DNA of 64,000 bases from assembly GCF_009914755.1 (NCBI RefSeq), contig NC_060936.1, one strand, 5' to 3'. Position numbers and translations under genes: made by a program. How positions within the stretch are numbered: the stretch's first letter is position 1; every line of letters begins with the position of its first letter. A model generated the notes under the pieces. That model searched no databases. It was not told the DNA's origin and was given only the letters and a program-made list of their open reading frames with translations. This document shows positions 1 through 20,027 of this stretch, piece by piece. This DNA is from the human T2T-CHM13v2.0 reference genome, Homo sapiens.

Positions 1-63
1 AAATATCATACTTACTTCATAAATATATAAAATTCACATATCTTCACTTCTCCTTTTTTTCCT

Positions 64-6310
<6,247 letters not shown>

Positions 6311-6339
6311 AGACTGGAAAGACAACTTCTAAGCCCTTT

Positions 6340-6541
6340 AAATGTTCTTAAAGGGACATTTAATAACTATGTTTGTCTTGAAAGTCATATGATTTCTGCC
6401 ATAATTGCTCATCTCTGTTGTTGTAGTGCAAAAGCAACCACAGATACTGTATAAACTAATGGATTTGAGTGTATTCCAATAGAAATTTATTTATAAAAAA
6501 CAGTTTTCACCGCATGTACTATGTAGTTCACTGATCCTTAG
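6340..6541 (+). mobile_element. MER58A-like hAT-Charlie DNA transposon remnant
   Basis: 'ttgtagtgcaaaagcaaccacagata...gtattccaatagaaatttatttataaaaaacag...tagttcactgatcct' resembles the MER58A consensus. Confidence 0.65.
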
Positions 6542-6559
6542 TTTGCACTATACAAAGAC

Positions 6560-7620
6560 TCAAATTTCAGCAAGTCCTAAATTGTGAAATATAAAGTGAG
6601 ACCTTTGATAAGATGTGATATACACCTAAACATTTGCATGATTTAGCTAATTTATGTAGGCAGAATACTGAGGAATCTGTGGAATGGATTTTATAATTGT
6701 AGGGCTAAGGTAGAAAAATATATTAAGTTGGATGGAGCTGGATTTATTGATATTAGCCCTCTGCAGCAGAGATTCAGTGTTTCACTTGATGGGCTAGGAA
6801 TGTCTCCTATAGTTTGGTTGATTAACTGAAATATGAACCAAACAATAGCCTACCCTATGTGAAGATAAAATGCTTAAACTTTCTTTTTCTACTACAAAGG
6901 AGGGTTATCAACAGATTTAGGGAGATTGGAATGCTACAGAGAATTGATCATGTAAGATTTGTTCTCTCATTTTGAGAGGGACTATTTACTATTGTTGCAG
7001 TAAATAAATGTGAGGAGAGCTCCAGTTCACAGACCCAGAACCCCTTCAATATGAGAAGTGACATGTACCTTTGAGTAAGGCCCTTGCAGTTCTTCCAGAA
7101 ACTTGTACTGTTAATTATACTCCCAACCATCTCTATAAGAAAAATAACAGTTCTCGGGGATGACTGGACATTGATTCTGTAGACCCAAAGTATCACTGTG
7201 ATCTACCAGTTGGAGTAGGGGCTTTAAGAGGTTAGAGTATCAATGATTTTTTTTTCTTTTTTTGAGACAGGGTCTCACTCTGTCACCCAGGCTGGAGTGC
7301 AGTGGGACATCTCCGCCCACGGCAGCCTTGATCTCCCAGACTCAAGCTATCCTCCCACCTCTGCCTCCAGAGTAGCTGGGACTACAGGCATGTGCGACCA
7401 TGCCTGGCTAATTTTGGGGGGCTTTTTTTTGTAGAGATGGGGTTTCAGCATCCCAGGCTGGCCTTGAACTCCCTGCCTGTAGTGATCCACCCATCTCAGC
7501 CTTCCAAAGTGCTGGGATTACAGGCATCAGCCACTGCTCTAGGCTTGCATTTTTTTTTTTTTTAATTCAGTGAAGTTTTGTTTCAGATCTGTTTCAGAGT
7601 CATCTGTTTTCCTAGAACGT
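6560..7620 (+). mobile_element. ERVL internal remnant (degraded gag/pro), interrupted by AluJ
   Basis: Translates piecemeal to ERVL gag-like 'IKLDGAGFIDISPL' (~6722-6763) and protease-region 'DPKYHCDLPVGVGA' (~7182-7223). Confidence 0.65.
7247..7545 (-). mobile_element. AluJ
   Basis: gagacagggtctcactctgtcacccagg, ctcaagctatcctcccacc, tttgtagagatggggtttc; heavily diverged. Confidence 0.9.
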
Positions 7621-9538
7621 TATCTGTTTTAGTTTCAGATTCCTCGGTTTTCCTTGGAAGGTTGTATGGGCTGGAAAAATTTATTTTTCCCCAAAGAGCA
7701 GTATTGCTTTCCACAGTGGGTCTGAACAGCACCATCAGATCCCTGTAGCAGACCTCTGACAGTCTGTCCTATGGGCAAAATCTTATTTTGGCAAAAATAT
7801 GGAAGAATTGCTTTCCAGCATGGGCCTTATCCTTGTCTAGCCATCAGACTTTAATCACCAGCTTGCATACTTTCATTTATATGACACTGGTAAGTGGACC
7901 TACCCAACTGATAATAAACAGCACACAGAAATAATGAATTTGAGCCAGTCAAATGCAATCGTACTACTCATTTCAGCCAATCTAATAGAAAACAATATAA
8001 ATAAATTAATTTAAATTTCCACAAAAGCTATTTCATGGACTTGAAATTGAAAAGCATATACCTTTCAAATAATACAGATAGCTCAAGGCATAGCACAAGT
8101 ACTTTATCTTGCTAAGAGATCAGACAAATTCATTTTGAAATGATAACCTCTATATTAATCATAGCATAATCACAAGTGTATAAATCTGTCTGTACTGAGA
8201 GATATAAATATATTTGTCAGTGCTTAAAAATATTTTTAACAGCTGAATATATTATTTAATTCAAAGTTAAAGGGCTTATACTAAAGTTCAGATAATTTTA
8301 GTAGATTAAGTGTCATTATGTGAACATCTTTGTCAGCAATTACTGGGTATAAAAATATGAAAACAAGTACAATTTGTCTAAAATAGACATTTTTCCTTTG
8401 AAAGGTAATATGAATGTTTCTTTTGTTGTCCTCTTTCACGAAGAAATAGAAATAGAATCAGCCAGAAGAGTGTCAAAAATTTACCTTCGCTTTTCCAAAA
8501 CTGAAGTTTAATTGAACTTTAACGTCAAATAAACAGTTTTTACCTTTAAGACTAATGGACCCAAAAGACAGTTTCTACTCATTTTGTATGATTAAAACTA
8601 TGTAAGGAATGTAAATGTATTAATTTATAGATACAGATACTAATTGCTTAAATATTAAGTTCTAAACCAGGCACTAATACATGTGGAATAATTGCTTCTC
8701 GCTGTAGAAGGAAACCATAATAAAGAACTTGAAAGTGCTGTCACATTTCACATAACCAGTAAAATCTGAGCATATTTGAAAAATATTCTGAAAGAAAATG
8801 TCTTGGGGCTTTCTTAATGAAAATGAATGTGGTTTGAAAAGATCAAATAATATCTGCATATGTCAAATACAGGTTTTAATAACAGTTAGAGATAATGAAT
8901 AAAATTAAAGTAGGTCAATTTAAGTCATTTATTTTCCAAAAGGAGTTACACATCAGAATCACTACTTGTTAAGATATAATTAAAAGTGAAAAATGATATT
9001 TACCAAAGAAAGCTGTTACTAAATATAAAAAAATGAATTATTTCATCATCTTTTAATTTTAATGCTCAATTTTTTTTACCAGCATATCAGCATTTTGTAG
9101 TTAATGACCATGTAAATATGATAATGTAATAATAATTGAGATAAGTGTAGATATCACAGTCATGAAAACAGAGTGCCTCTGCTTTGCCACTGATGTTTTA
9201 GGAGCCTGCTATTACTGTTATTGAAAAATAAATCAGATGTTTTCTAGTATAAATAAAATATTCTTGGACATGCATATCTTATCTCTGGAAACAAATGACT
9301 CCAAAAATCAAAAATCATCCCAAATATAAAACATGATTTTCACGTTTACATAAATTAAATAACATAGGCTATAATTCTGCTTTAGTAAAACTTGTTCTTT
9401 CTAAATAAGACTCTCATACTGAAGCTTTTCAGGTCATGACTTAAGAGATTATTCTTGTTAGAGGGAACAATTAATTTAGTAAGAATCTGTCATAATTCAA
9501 AACAAATACCTAATCTCTTTTAAAAGTCAGACTCGAAT

Positions 9539-10020
<482 letters not shown>

Positions 10021-10810
10021 ATTAGACTCTAAAAATTGTGGGGTTTTTTAAAGAAAATTTTATTAAATTTATAATCTCCAATGAGTATACTATCTGAAAT
10101 AACTTTGTATAATACTAATTTTTTAAGATACCCATTTTAGAAGAGTTCGAGATAATCAACATTATATGTTATAACTATAATTTCTAAATTTTGAGTGAAA
10201 TGAAAGGAATATGATTCATAATCAATAGAGGAATTTATAGTTTTAAAAAGGCAGGTATTATTATTATTCTCTCTAAGGCATTGCAGATGAGAATATTTTT
10301 TTAAAAATTCTAAATTATTGGCAGATTTCAAGGAATAATTCATTTATCTATTATTTTTAAATAGACATTGTCATCTTGTCATACTATGTGGCTCTGGACG
10401 ACATAGTGAAATTTGCTTCAAGTTTAAGACTAGAAATATCTTCACTAAATTCACTCTACTAAAACAGAATTTATCATTTATGAAGTAGATTTGATTTAGG
10501 CTATATAAGAGCTTACTTCTTAAATTACTTAAACTGATTTTGAGTAAAACTTGGTTTTCAGAAAAAGACTTTTACACATATTTACTCAACATGAACATGA
10601 AAATAAATATTAACTTTTCCTTGGAAAGTTCTTCCAGCAAGTTTACCTGGTGAATTATCATCCATTTCTCAAATTCAAATACAGACTTACCTGTTTGAAT
10701 TTGTTCCAGATATACCAAGAATTAATAACCTTCCTTTAATATCTTTTCAATACCTATATTTCATTAAGTATCACAGATTTCCCATACTTCGGGGAAAACT
10801 AAACTATTTT

Positions 10811-10925
10811 GGCCAGGTGCATTAGCTGCTTAGCAGGCTGATGCAGGAGGATCGCTTGAGCCAGGAGTTCAAATCCAGCTTGGGCAACATAGTGAGACCT
10901 CATCTCTACAAAAACAATACAAAAC
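10811..10925 (+). mobile_element. FLAM/AluJ left monomer with internal deletion
   Basis: ggccaggtgc...ggaggatcgcttgagccaggagttc...gggcaacatagtgagacctcatctctac; flanking aaactattt repeat. Confidence 0.8.
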
Positions 10926-10929
10926 TATT

Positions 10930-12280
10930 TATTGAAATATATATACAACAAAATGTACAAATCATAAGTACAGCATAATGACTTCTCACAAAGGGAGCCC
11001 ACTCAAGAAACCACCACCCAGGTAAAAAAATAGAACATTAACAGCACCTATAATACTTTTCCTTACCCCTCCCAATCAATACACTTTCCCTTCTAGCAAA
11101 AGTCTAAGTGCCTATGTGTATTTTTTTTTTTTTACTTTTTATAAAACGAATATATGATATGTACTATCTGTGCCCACACTTTTTATTTTTCATTTTTTCA
11201 TCAGCACTACATTCGTGAGACACGTACATGGTGTTTCATTCCTTCATTTTCATTGCTGTTTAGCATTCCATTGTATGAATAAGCCAAAACTTATTTATGC
11301 ATTGAGTTGCTAATGGATATTTGAGTTGTTTTCAATTTTTGAATATTATAATTAATGCTGCTACAATTCCTTTTACATGCCTGTTGTTGCTCATGCATTC
11401 TATTAGTTATACATTGAAGAGAGAAATTTCTGAGTCATAGAATATGCATACATTCAAATTTGGTAGACAATGTCAAAGAGTTTTCCAAGTGGACATGCCA
11501 AATTTCACTATGATATAGGCACTTTATGGGAATTCTCGTTCCCTTAAACCCTTGTCAACCTTATCATTAGTGGCTATATAATGGTATCTAATGTGGTTTT
11601 AATTTGTCCTTTTCTGATTACTATGAGATTACATACATTTGTTCTTTGTTCATTGGCCTTTTAGATATCCAGTTTTGTAAATTGCTTTTCATGTTTTGGA
11701 CCTATTTTCTCTTTAGCTTTTTCTGTCTGTCCTATTAAGTTATAGAAATTTTTATAAATTCTGAACACAAAAACTTTTGTGGCTTATGTATCTTGTATTA
11801 CAGATATTTTCTCCCACTCTGCAGTTTGTATTTTCATTCTCTCATAGATGATATTTGCTAGGGAAAAAATTACAATTTTGATGTATTTGAAATTACTGGT
11901 ATTTTTATTCCTAATGCTATATTTTATGCCTTATTTAAGCAATTTACTTTCATGCCAATGCTTAACATATTCTGTTATACCCTATAAAATTCCCTATTGC
12001 TTAACTTTTTACATACATACATATATAATCCTAACGAAATTGATTTCTACATATGGAACATGGTTGAAGTCCATTTTTCTTCTTTTCTTCCACATAGATG
12101 TCCAATTTACCTCACTCTTCTCTATTATCACTTTTTTTTTTAACAAATAAACTGTCTTCGTGTATGCATGTCTGTTACTGGGCTATTTATTCCAGTCTAT
12201 TAATTTATTTGTCTATCTGCATCAATATAAGAATTATCATAGTTTAATTATCGTAGTTTTAGAATAAGTCACGCTATCTA
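10930..12280 (-). mobile_element. L1ME/L1MC-type 3' end
   Basis: Antisense old-L1 3' motifs (cattccattgtatgaata, ggatatttgagttgttttcaatttt, gtggttttaatttg). Confidence 0.7.
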
Positions 12281-12300
12281 GTAAAGAATTATTGTTGTTA

Positions 12301-13320
<1,020 letters not shown>

Positions 13321-14027
13321 CCAACTTATTTTTGCATGTTGATTTTGTGTCCTGCTACTTTTCTGAATTTATTAATTCTAAAAATATTTTTGTGGAATCT
13401 ATAAGGTTTTCTACATATAAGATCATGTCATCTGTAAACAGGAACAATTTTACATCTTTCATTCCAATTTGGATGTCTTTATTTCTTTTTCTTGCCTAAT
13501 TGCTCTGGCTCAGACTTCCAGAACTATGTTGAATACAAGTGGCAAGAGTGGATATTCTTGGTTTTCTCTTGGTCATCAAGGAAAACTTTTAGATTTTTAC
13601 TGAGTATGATATTAGCTATGGGCTTTTTATATATAGCCTTTATTATGTTGAGAAAATTTTTTGCTTTTCCTAGTTTGTTGAGAGTTTTATTATAAAAGGG
13701 TATTGGATTTTATCTAACTATTTTTCTCCATTTATTGAGATGATCATGTGATTTGTATCCTTCATTCTTAATGTAGTTTGTCACATTAATTGATTTCCTC
13801 TTGTTAAAACATCCTTGCATCCCAAAGATAAATACCACTTCACAAGGGTGCCAAAAATACACAATAGGGAAAGAAAGACTCTCTTCAACAAATGATGTTG
13901 AGAAAACTGAATATTCACATGTAAAAGAATGAAATTGGTTCCTTATCGTATGCCATATAAAAAATTAACTCAAAATGAGTTAGATTTAAATGTAAGCTTC
14001 AACTCTACAAATCTCCTGGACGAAAAC

Positions 14028-14382
14028 TGTATTAGTCCTTTTTCACGCTGCAATAAGGACATACCTGAGACTGGGTAATTTATAAATTAAAGTGGTTTAA
14101 TCAAATCACAGTTCCACATGGCTAGGGAGGCCTCAGGAAACTTAAAATCATGGTGGAAGGCACCTGTTCATAGGGTGGCAGGAGAGAATGAGTGCCTAGT
14201 GAAGGGATAAGCCCCTTATAAAACCATGGATCTTGTGAGAACTCACTATCATGAGAACAACATGAGGGGGAACTGCCCTCATTATTCAATTACCTCCCAC
14301 CGGGACCCTCTCAACATATGAGGATTATGGGATTACGATTCAAGATGAGATTTGGGTGGGGACACAAAGCCAAACCACATAA
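14028..14382 (-). mobile_element. THE1 (THE1C/D-like) solo LTR, ERVL-MaLR
   Basis: tgtattagtcc...gagatttgggtggggacacaaagccaaaccacat; 5-bp TSD aaaac. Confidence 0.9.
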
Positions 14383-15109
14383 AAAACTAAGGAGAAAACC
14401 CCTCATGAAATTGGTCTTGGCAATCATTTAATATATGTAACACCAAAAGCATAGACTACAAAAGCAAAAATCAGCAAGTTTACTACATCAAACACAGCAA
14501 AGAAAACAATCAACAGAGTAAAAATGCAACTCATGGAATTAGAGAAAATATTTGTAAACCATATATCAGATAAAGAGCTAATTTAATTTCTAAAATATAT
14601 AAGAAACTCAGAGCTCAATAGCAAAAAAAAAAAAAAAAAAAGAAAAAAACAAAATTTAGCAACCAGTTGAAAATGAGTAAAGGACTTGAATAAATACTTT
14701 ACAAAAGAAGACATACAGTGATCAGCAGGTATATAAAAATGTGTTCAACATCACTAGTAATGAAGAAATGCAAATAAAAACCTCAGTAAAATAACGCTTC
14801 ACACCTGTTCAAATGGCTATTCTCAAAAGAAGAAACAAGAGCTGGTAAGAATGCGGGAACACTGAAAACCTTATACACTATTAGGAAAGCAAAATGACGC
14901 TGCCACTGTGAATAACAGTACAGAAGTTCCTCAAAAACTTAAGAATAGATCACTATAAATTCAGCAATCCTGCTTCTGGATATTTATCCACAAAAGCTAA
15001 AATTAGGATATTAAAGAGATATTAACACACCCACATTCATTGTAGCATTTGCAATGGGCCTGATGTAAAAGCAACCTAATTTTCCATGAATGGATGAAGG
15101 GATAAATAA

Positions 15110-15560
15110 AATTATAAATAATTATATGTCTTTAATTATAATTACATATTTATAATAATTATATATTTAAAATTATAAATAATTATATGTATTATATATG
15201 TCATAATACACATAAATTATGTATTATGTAACATACACATATAAATAACATTTTATATATAATATATAATATATGTTATGTATAATATAAATAATTATAT
15301 GTAATATATTATTACATGTAATATAGTATTAGTATATATAATATAGGAGTACATACAGTATATATATAATATACTATTATATGTAATATGTATTATATAA
15401 TACTTTTTATAAAAGGAAGTATATATTATATTACATACATTTTATTTATATTATTAGTATATATAACATATATAATATATAATACATTTATATACTTTCA
15501 TATGTAATATATATTACATGATTTTAACTCTCTCTCTCTCTATATATATATAAATTTTTT
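15110..15560. repeat. AT-rich low-complexity (TA)n-like tract
   Basis: About 450 bp almost entirely of degenerate TA/TATAA/TATGT units, inside an L1 3' region. Confidence 0.9.
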
Positions 15561-15896
15561 ATCCATTCAACTAGTAAAAAGAAGAAAAAGAAGGAAATCC
15601 TGCAATATGCAACAACATGGATAAAACTTAAGGTCATTATACTAAGTGAAATAAGCCAGTCACAGAAGAGCAAATACTGCATAATTCCACTTATATGAGG
15701 TATCTAAAATAATCAAACTCATAGAACCAGAGAGCAGAATAATGGTTGATGCATGGAAAAGAAGGTAATGGAGAGTTGCTAATCAATAGGTATAAAGTTT
15801 TATATCATTCAAGATAATTAAGTTTTAGAAATCTGCTGCACAACATTGTACCTAAAGTTATCAATATTATATTGTACACTTAAAAATATATTAAAA

Positions 15897-16192
<296 letters not shown>

Positions 16193-16589
16193 TCTATTAA
16201 AACGATACATTTTATGTTAAGCGGTCTTACTTCAAAAAAAATAGAATATTAAAAACAAAACAAAACCAGAAGAATGTCATTGTTGTTTAATGTTTGATTC
16301 CTGATAGCATTCAAGTCCCACCACACCTCCTTTGTCTTCTGGCCCCCATCAAGCTGATAGGAATGTCAGTGTTCCCTCCTTTGTAGTTGATAGAAAGTTC
16401 AAGCCACACAAACCCAAACCCATGCTCAGGAAACATTATCCCAGACCTAATTCATAACCAACATAATCAATGTACCAACATATGAGCTAAGCTAGTCAGC
16501 TTTCCTGGCTCTCTCAATTCATTTTTGGACCAACTGCTGTGCACTCCTATAGAATGCTTCATTATGTGAATAATAAAACTTTTCATCTC

Positions 16590-17982
16590 TGGATTAGTCC
16601 GTTCTTCCACTGCTGTAAATGAATACTTAAGACTGGGTAATTTTTGAAGAAAAGAGGTTTAATTGGCTTATGGTTCTGTAGGCTCTACAGGAAGCATGGC
16701 AGTTTCTGCTTTGGGCAAGGCCTCAGGAAAATTACAATCATGGCAGAAGGCAAAGGGGAAACAGGCACATCTTATGTGGCCAGAGCAAGAGAAAGAGAGG
16801 CGGGGGAGGTGCTACGCACCTTTAAACAACTATATATCCTAATAATCATTCAGTTACTATTACGAGAACAGTGCTGGGGAGATGATGTTAAACCATTCGT
16901 GAGAAACTGCCCCCACGATTTAATTCATCTCCCACCAGGCCCCATCTCCAACATGGGGATTACAATTGAACATAAAATTTGGGTGGGGGCCGGACGCGGT
17001 GGCTCACACCTGTAATCCCAGCACTTTGGGAGGCTGAGGCAGGTGGATCACGAGGTCAGGAGATTGAGACCATCCTGGCTAACACGGTGAAACCCCATCT
17101 CTACTAAAAATACAAAAAATTAGCCAAGCATGGTGGGGGGTACCTGTAGTCCCAGCTATTTGGGAGGCTGAGGCAGGAGAATGGCGTGAAATGGCACCAC
17201 TGCACTCCAGCCTGGGCGACAGAGCAAGACTCTGTCTCAAAAAAAAAAAAAAAAAAATTGGGTGGGGACACAGATTCAAACCATATCCTTCCACCCCAGC
17301 CCTTTCCAAATCTCATGTCCTTCTCAAACTGCAGAATACAGTCATGCCTTCCCAACAATCCCCAAAATCTTAACTCACTCCAGCATTAACTCAAATGTCC
17401 AAAATCCAAAGTCTCACTGGAGGCAATGCAGGTCTCTTCCACCTATGAGCCTGTAACATAAATAAAAAAAAAAACAAAAGAAAACAAAAAACAAAAAACA
17501 AGTTAGTTATTCCCAAGACACAGTGGAGGTACAGGCATTGGGTAAATACTCCCATTCCAAAAGGGAGAAATTGGCCAAAAGAAGGGGGATACAGTCTCTA
17601 TGCAACTCCTAAACCCAGCAGGGCACTCATTAAATCTTAAAGCTCCAAAATAATCTCCACTGATTCCATGTCTCACATAAAGGGAACAGTGGTGTAAGGG
17701 ATGGGCTCAGAAGGCCTTGGGCAGTTCTGCCACTGTGGCTTTCCAGGGTTCAGTCCCCAAGGCTGCTCTCCAGGAATGACTTTGAGTGCCTGCAGCTTTT
17801 CAGGTACATGGTGCAAGCTGTCGGTGCCTCTACCATTCTGAGGCCTGTAGGACAGTGGTCCTCTTCTCATAACTCCAGTAGGCAGTGCCCCAGTGGGGCC
17901 CCTGTGTGAGGGCCCCACCTCTAACATTGGGGATTAAACTTGGACAGATATTTGGGTCCAGACACAGATACAAGCTGTATCA
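16590..17982 (-). mobile_element. MSTA-like MaLR provirus, internally deleted (LTR 16590-~17288, internal ~17289-17910, LTR stub ~17911-17982)
   Basis: LTR motifs gactgggtaatttttgaagaaaagaggtttaattggc; MST-int motifs; terminal LTR stub ggccccacctctaacattgggg...gtatca. Confidence 0.85.
16988..17257 (+). mobile_element. AluY with ~30-nt right-arm deletion, inserted in MST LTR
   Basis: ggatcacgaggtcaggagattgagaccatcctggctaacacgg; ggcgtgaa|atggcaccac junction; TSD aaaatttgggtggg / aaaaattgggtggg. Confidence 0.93.
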
Positions 17983-19471
17983 GTCCCCACTTGGTATATC
18001 AGTGGCATCGTAAGAATCAACCTGAAAACCTAATTTTGAATGTGTGTTGGGAAGTTCTAAGTAAATTCATTCTGGTGAGTTAACATCATCCAGAGTTTGA
18101 AATTATTAATCCAGTAATATCTTTATAATGTTTGATTACCTTGGTAAATCTAGTTCTGTTCTTTCTCTTCTACTTTCGGAAAGAGGTGTGGAGAATTGGT
18201 TTTATTTTTATTTAAATACTTGACATAATTGAGCTGTAAAACCATCTTGACCTGGAGTATTATGTAAAGATTCTTGATTTTTATTTTAAACCCTTTAATA
18301 GATATATTACTATGTAGATGTTTGCTTTATTTTCTGACATATTAGGAAAAATTTTGAGGAAAAATTCTTAATTTTTTTAAGTTGTCAAATTTGTTGACAG
18401 ATGTTCATTATATTCTGTTACATTTTTGATGTTGGTAAGAACTGGTATTTCATAACTGATATTGGTAGTTGGTGATCTCTTTCTGTTTAATTTGAGTTTT
18501 ATCAGTTTTGTTAACCTTTTTCAAGAGTCTACTTTTGGCTTCTGTGTTTTATCTATTCTGTCAATCTCTATATTTTAATAGGAAAATTTGGTCCACGGTC
18601 ATTTAATGTAAATTGTATATGGTAGAATTTGTCTGACATTTTATTTGCTTCCTGTATGTTCCTTCTTATTTTTCCACTTGTTTATTCTTGCCTGAATTTT
18701 TTTAAAACTTAATTTAAATGCCTCAATTGGCTTTTAAAGACTTTTTAAAGAGAAGTTATACTTCTCTTTAAAATTGAGAGGAAGATACAGAGATTTTCCA
18801 TATACCCACTGCCCTTACACATGTATAGCCTCACCAATTATAAACATCTTCCACCAAAGTGGTATTTTTCTTACAATTAATAAACATGCACTGACACAGC
18901 ATTATCACCCAAAGTTCACAGTTTATATTAGGATCCATTTTGTTGTTGTATTTCTATGGGTTTGAAAAATGTATAATGATATATATCCCCATTATATTGT
19001 CATATTGAGTATGTACATCGCCTACAAAATATTGTCCTCCTCCTATTTATTCATCTATTCCTCCTCCACTGATCTTTTTTCAGTCTCCATAATTTTGCCT
19101 TTTCCCAAATGTCAAGAAATTGATCCATTTTATCTAGGTTATCAAATTTGTGTGCATAGTTATTGATAGTATTCTTTCGTTATCCATTTAACATCCATAG
19201 GCTCTGTCATTTCTGTTATTAGTAATTTGTGTCTTTTTAATCCTTAGCCTGATTAGAGGTTTATCAATTTTATTGATTTTTTAAAGAATCAACTATTAGT
19301 ATCATTTTTTCTATTGATTTTCTGTTTTGCTTTTCATTAATTTCTGTTCCAACTTTTATTATTTCTTTTCTTTTGCTTATTTTAAATTTAATTTGTTCTT
19401 TTTTTAGCTTTCTGAAGTAGAATATTGTATTATTTATTTTACACCTTTCTTCTATTCAAATATATCCATTT

Positions 19472-19792
19472 TGCCGGGCATGGTGGCTCACGCCTGTAAT
19501 CCTAGCACTTTGGGAGGCCAAGGCAGTTGGATCACCTGAGGTGAGGTGTTCGAGCCCAGCTTGGCCAACATGGAGAAACCTCATCTCCACTAAAAATACA
19601 AAAAATAACCAGGTGTGGTGGTGCGTTCCTGTAATCCCAGCTACTCGGGAGACTGAGGAAAATTGCTTGAACCCAGGAGGCAGAGGTTGCAGTGAGTCAA
19701 GATTGCGCCATTGCACTCCAGCCTGGGCGACAGAGCAAGAGTCTGTCTCAGAACAAAAACAAAAACAAAATCCAACAACAACAACAACAAAA
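19472..19792 (+). mobile_element. AluS (Sq/Sx-like)
   Basis: Full Alu with (CAA)n tail; TSD-like tatccatt on both sides. Confidence 0.93.
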
Positions 19793-20027
19793 ATATGTAT
19801 CCATTCAATCTCATAAATTTCTCTCAGCCCTGCTTTCACTGCATTCTATAAACTTTCATAAACTATATTTTATTAAGTTTAAAATATTTTTAAATTTGAT
19901 ATTATTTCTTGACCCATGTTTTATCTTGAAGTATGTTATTCATTCTTCATATATGTGGGAATTTTTCAGTTGTCTTTCTATCACTGATTTCTAATTTTAA
20001 TCCATTGTGGTATGGATGCATCCATGG

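Noticed and set aside
10682-10693. Perfect minus-strand splice donor (CAG|GTAAGT)
   Set aside because: No convincing upstream acceptor or reading frame; isolated 9-mers are expected by chance.
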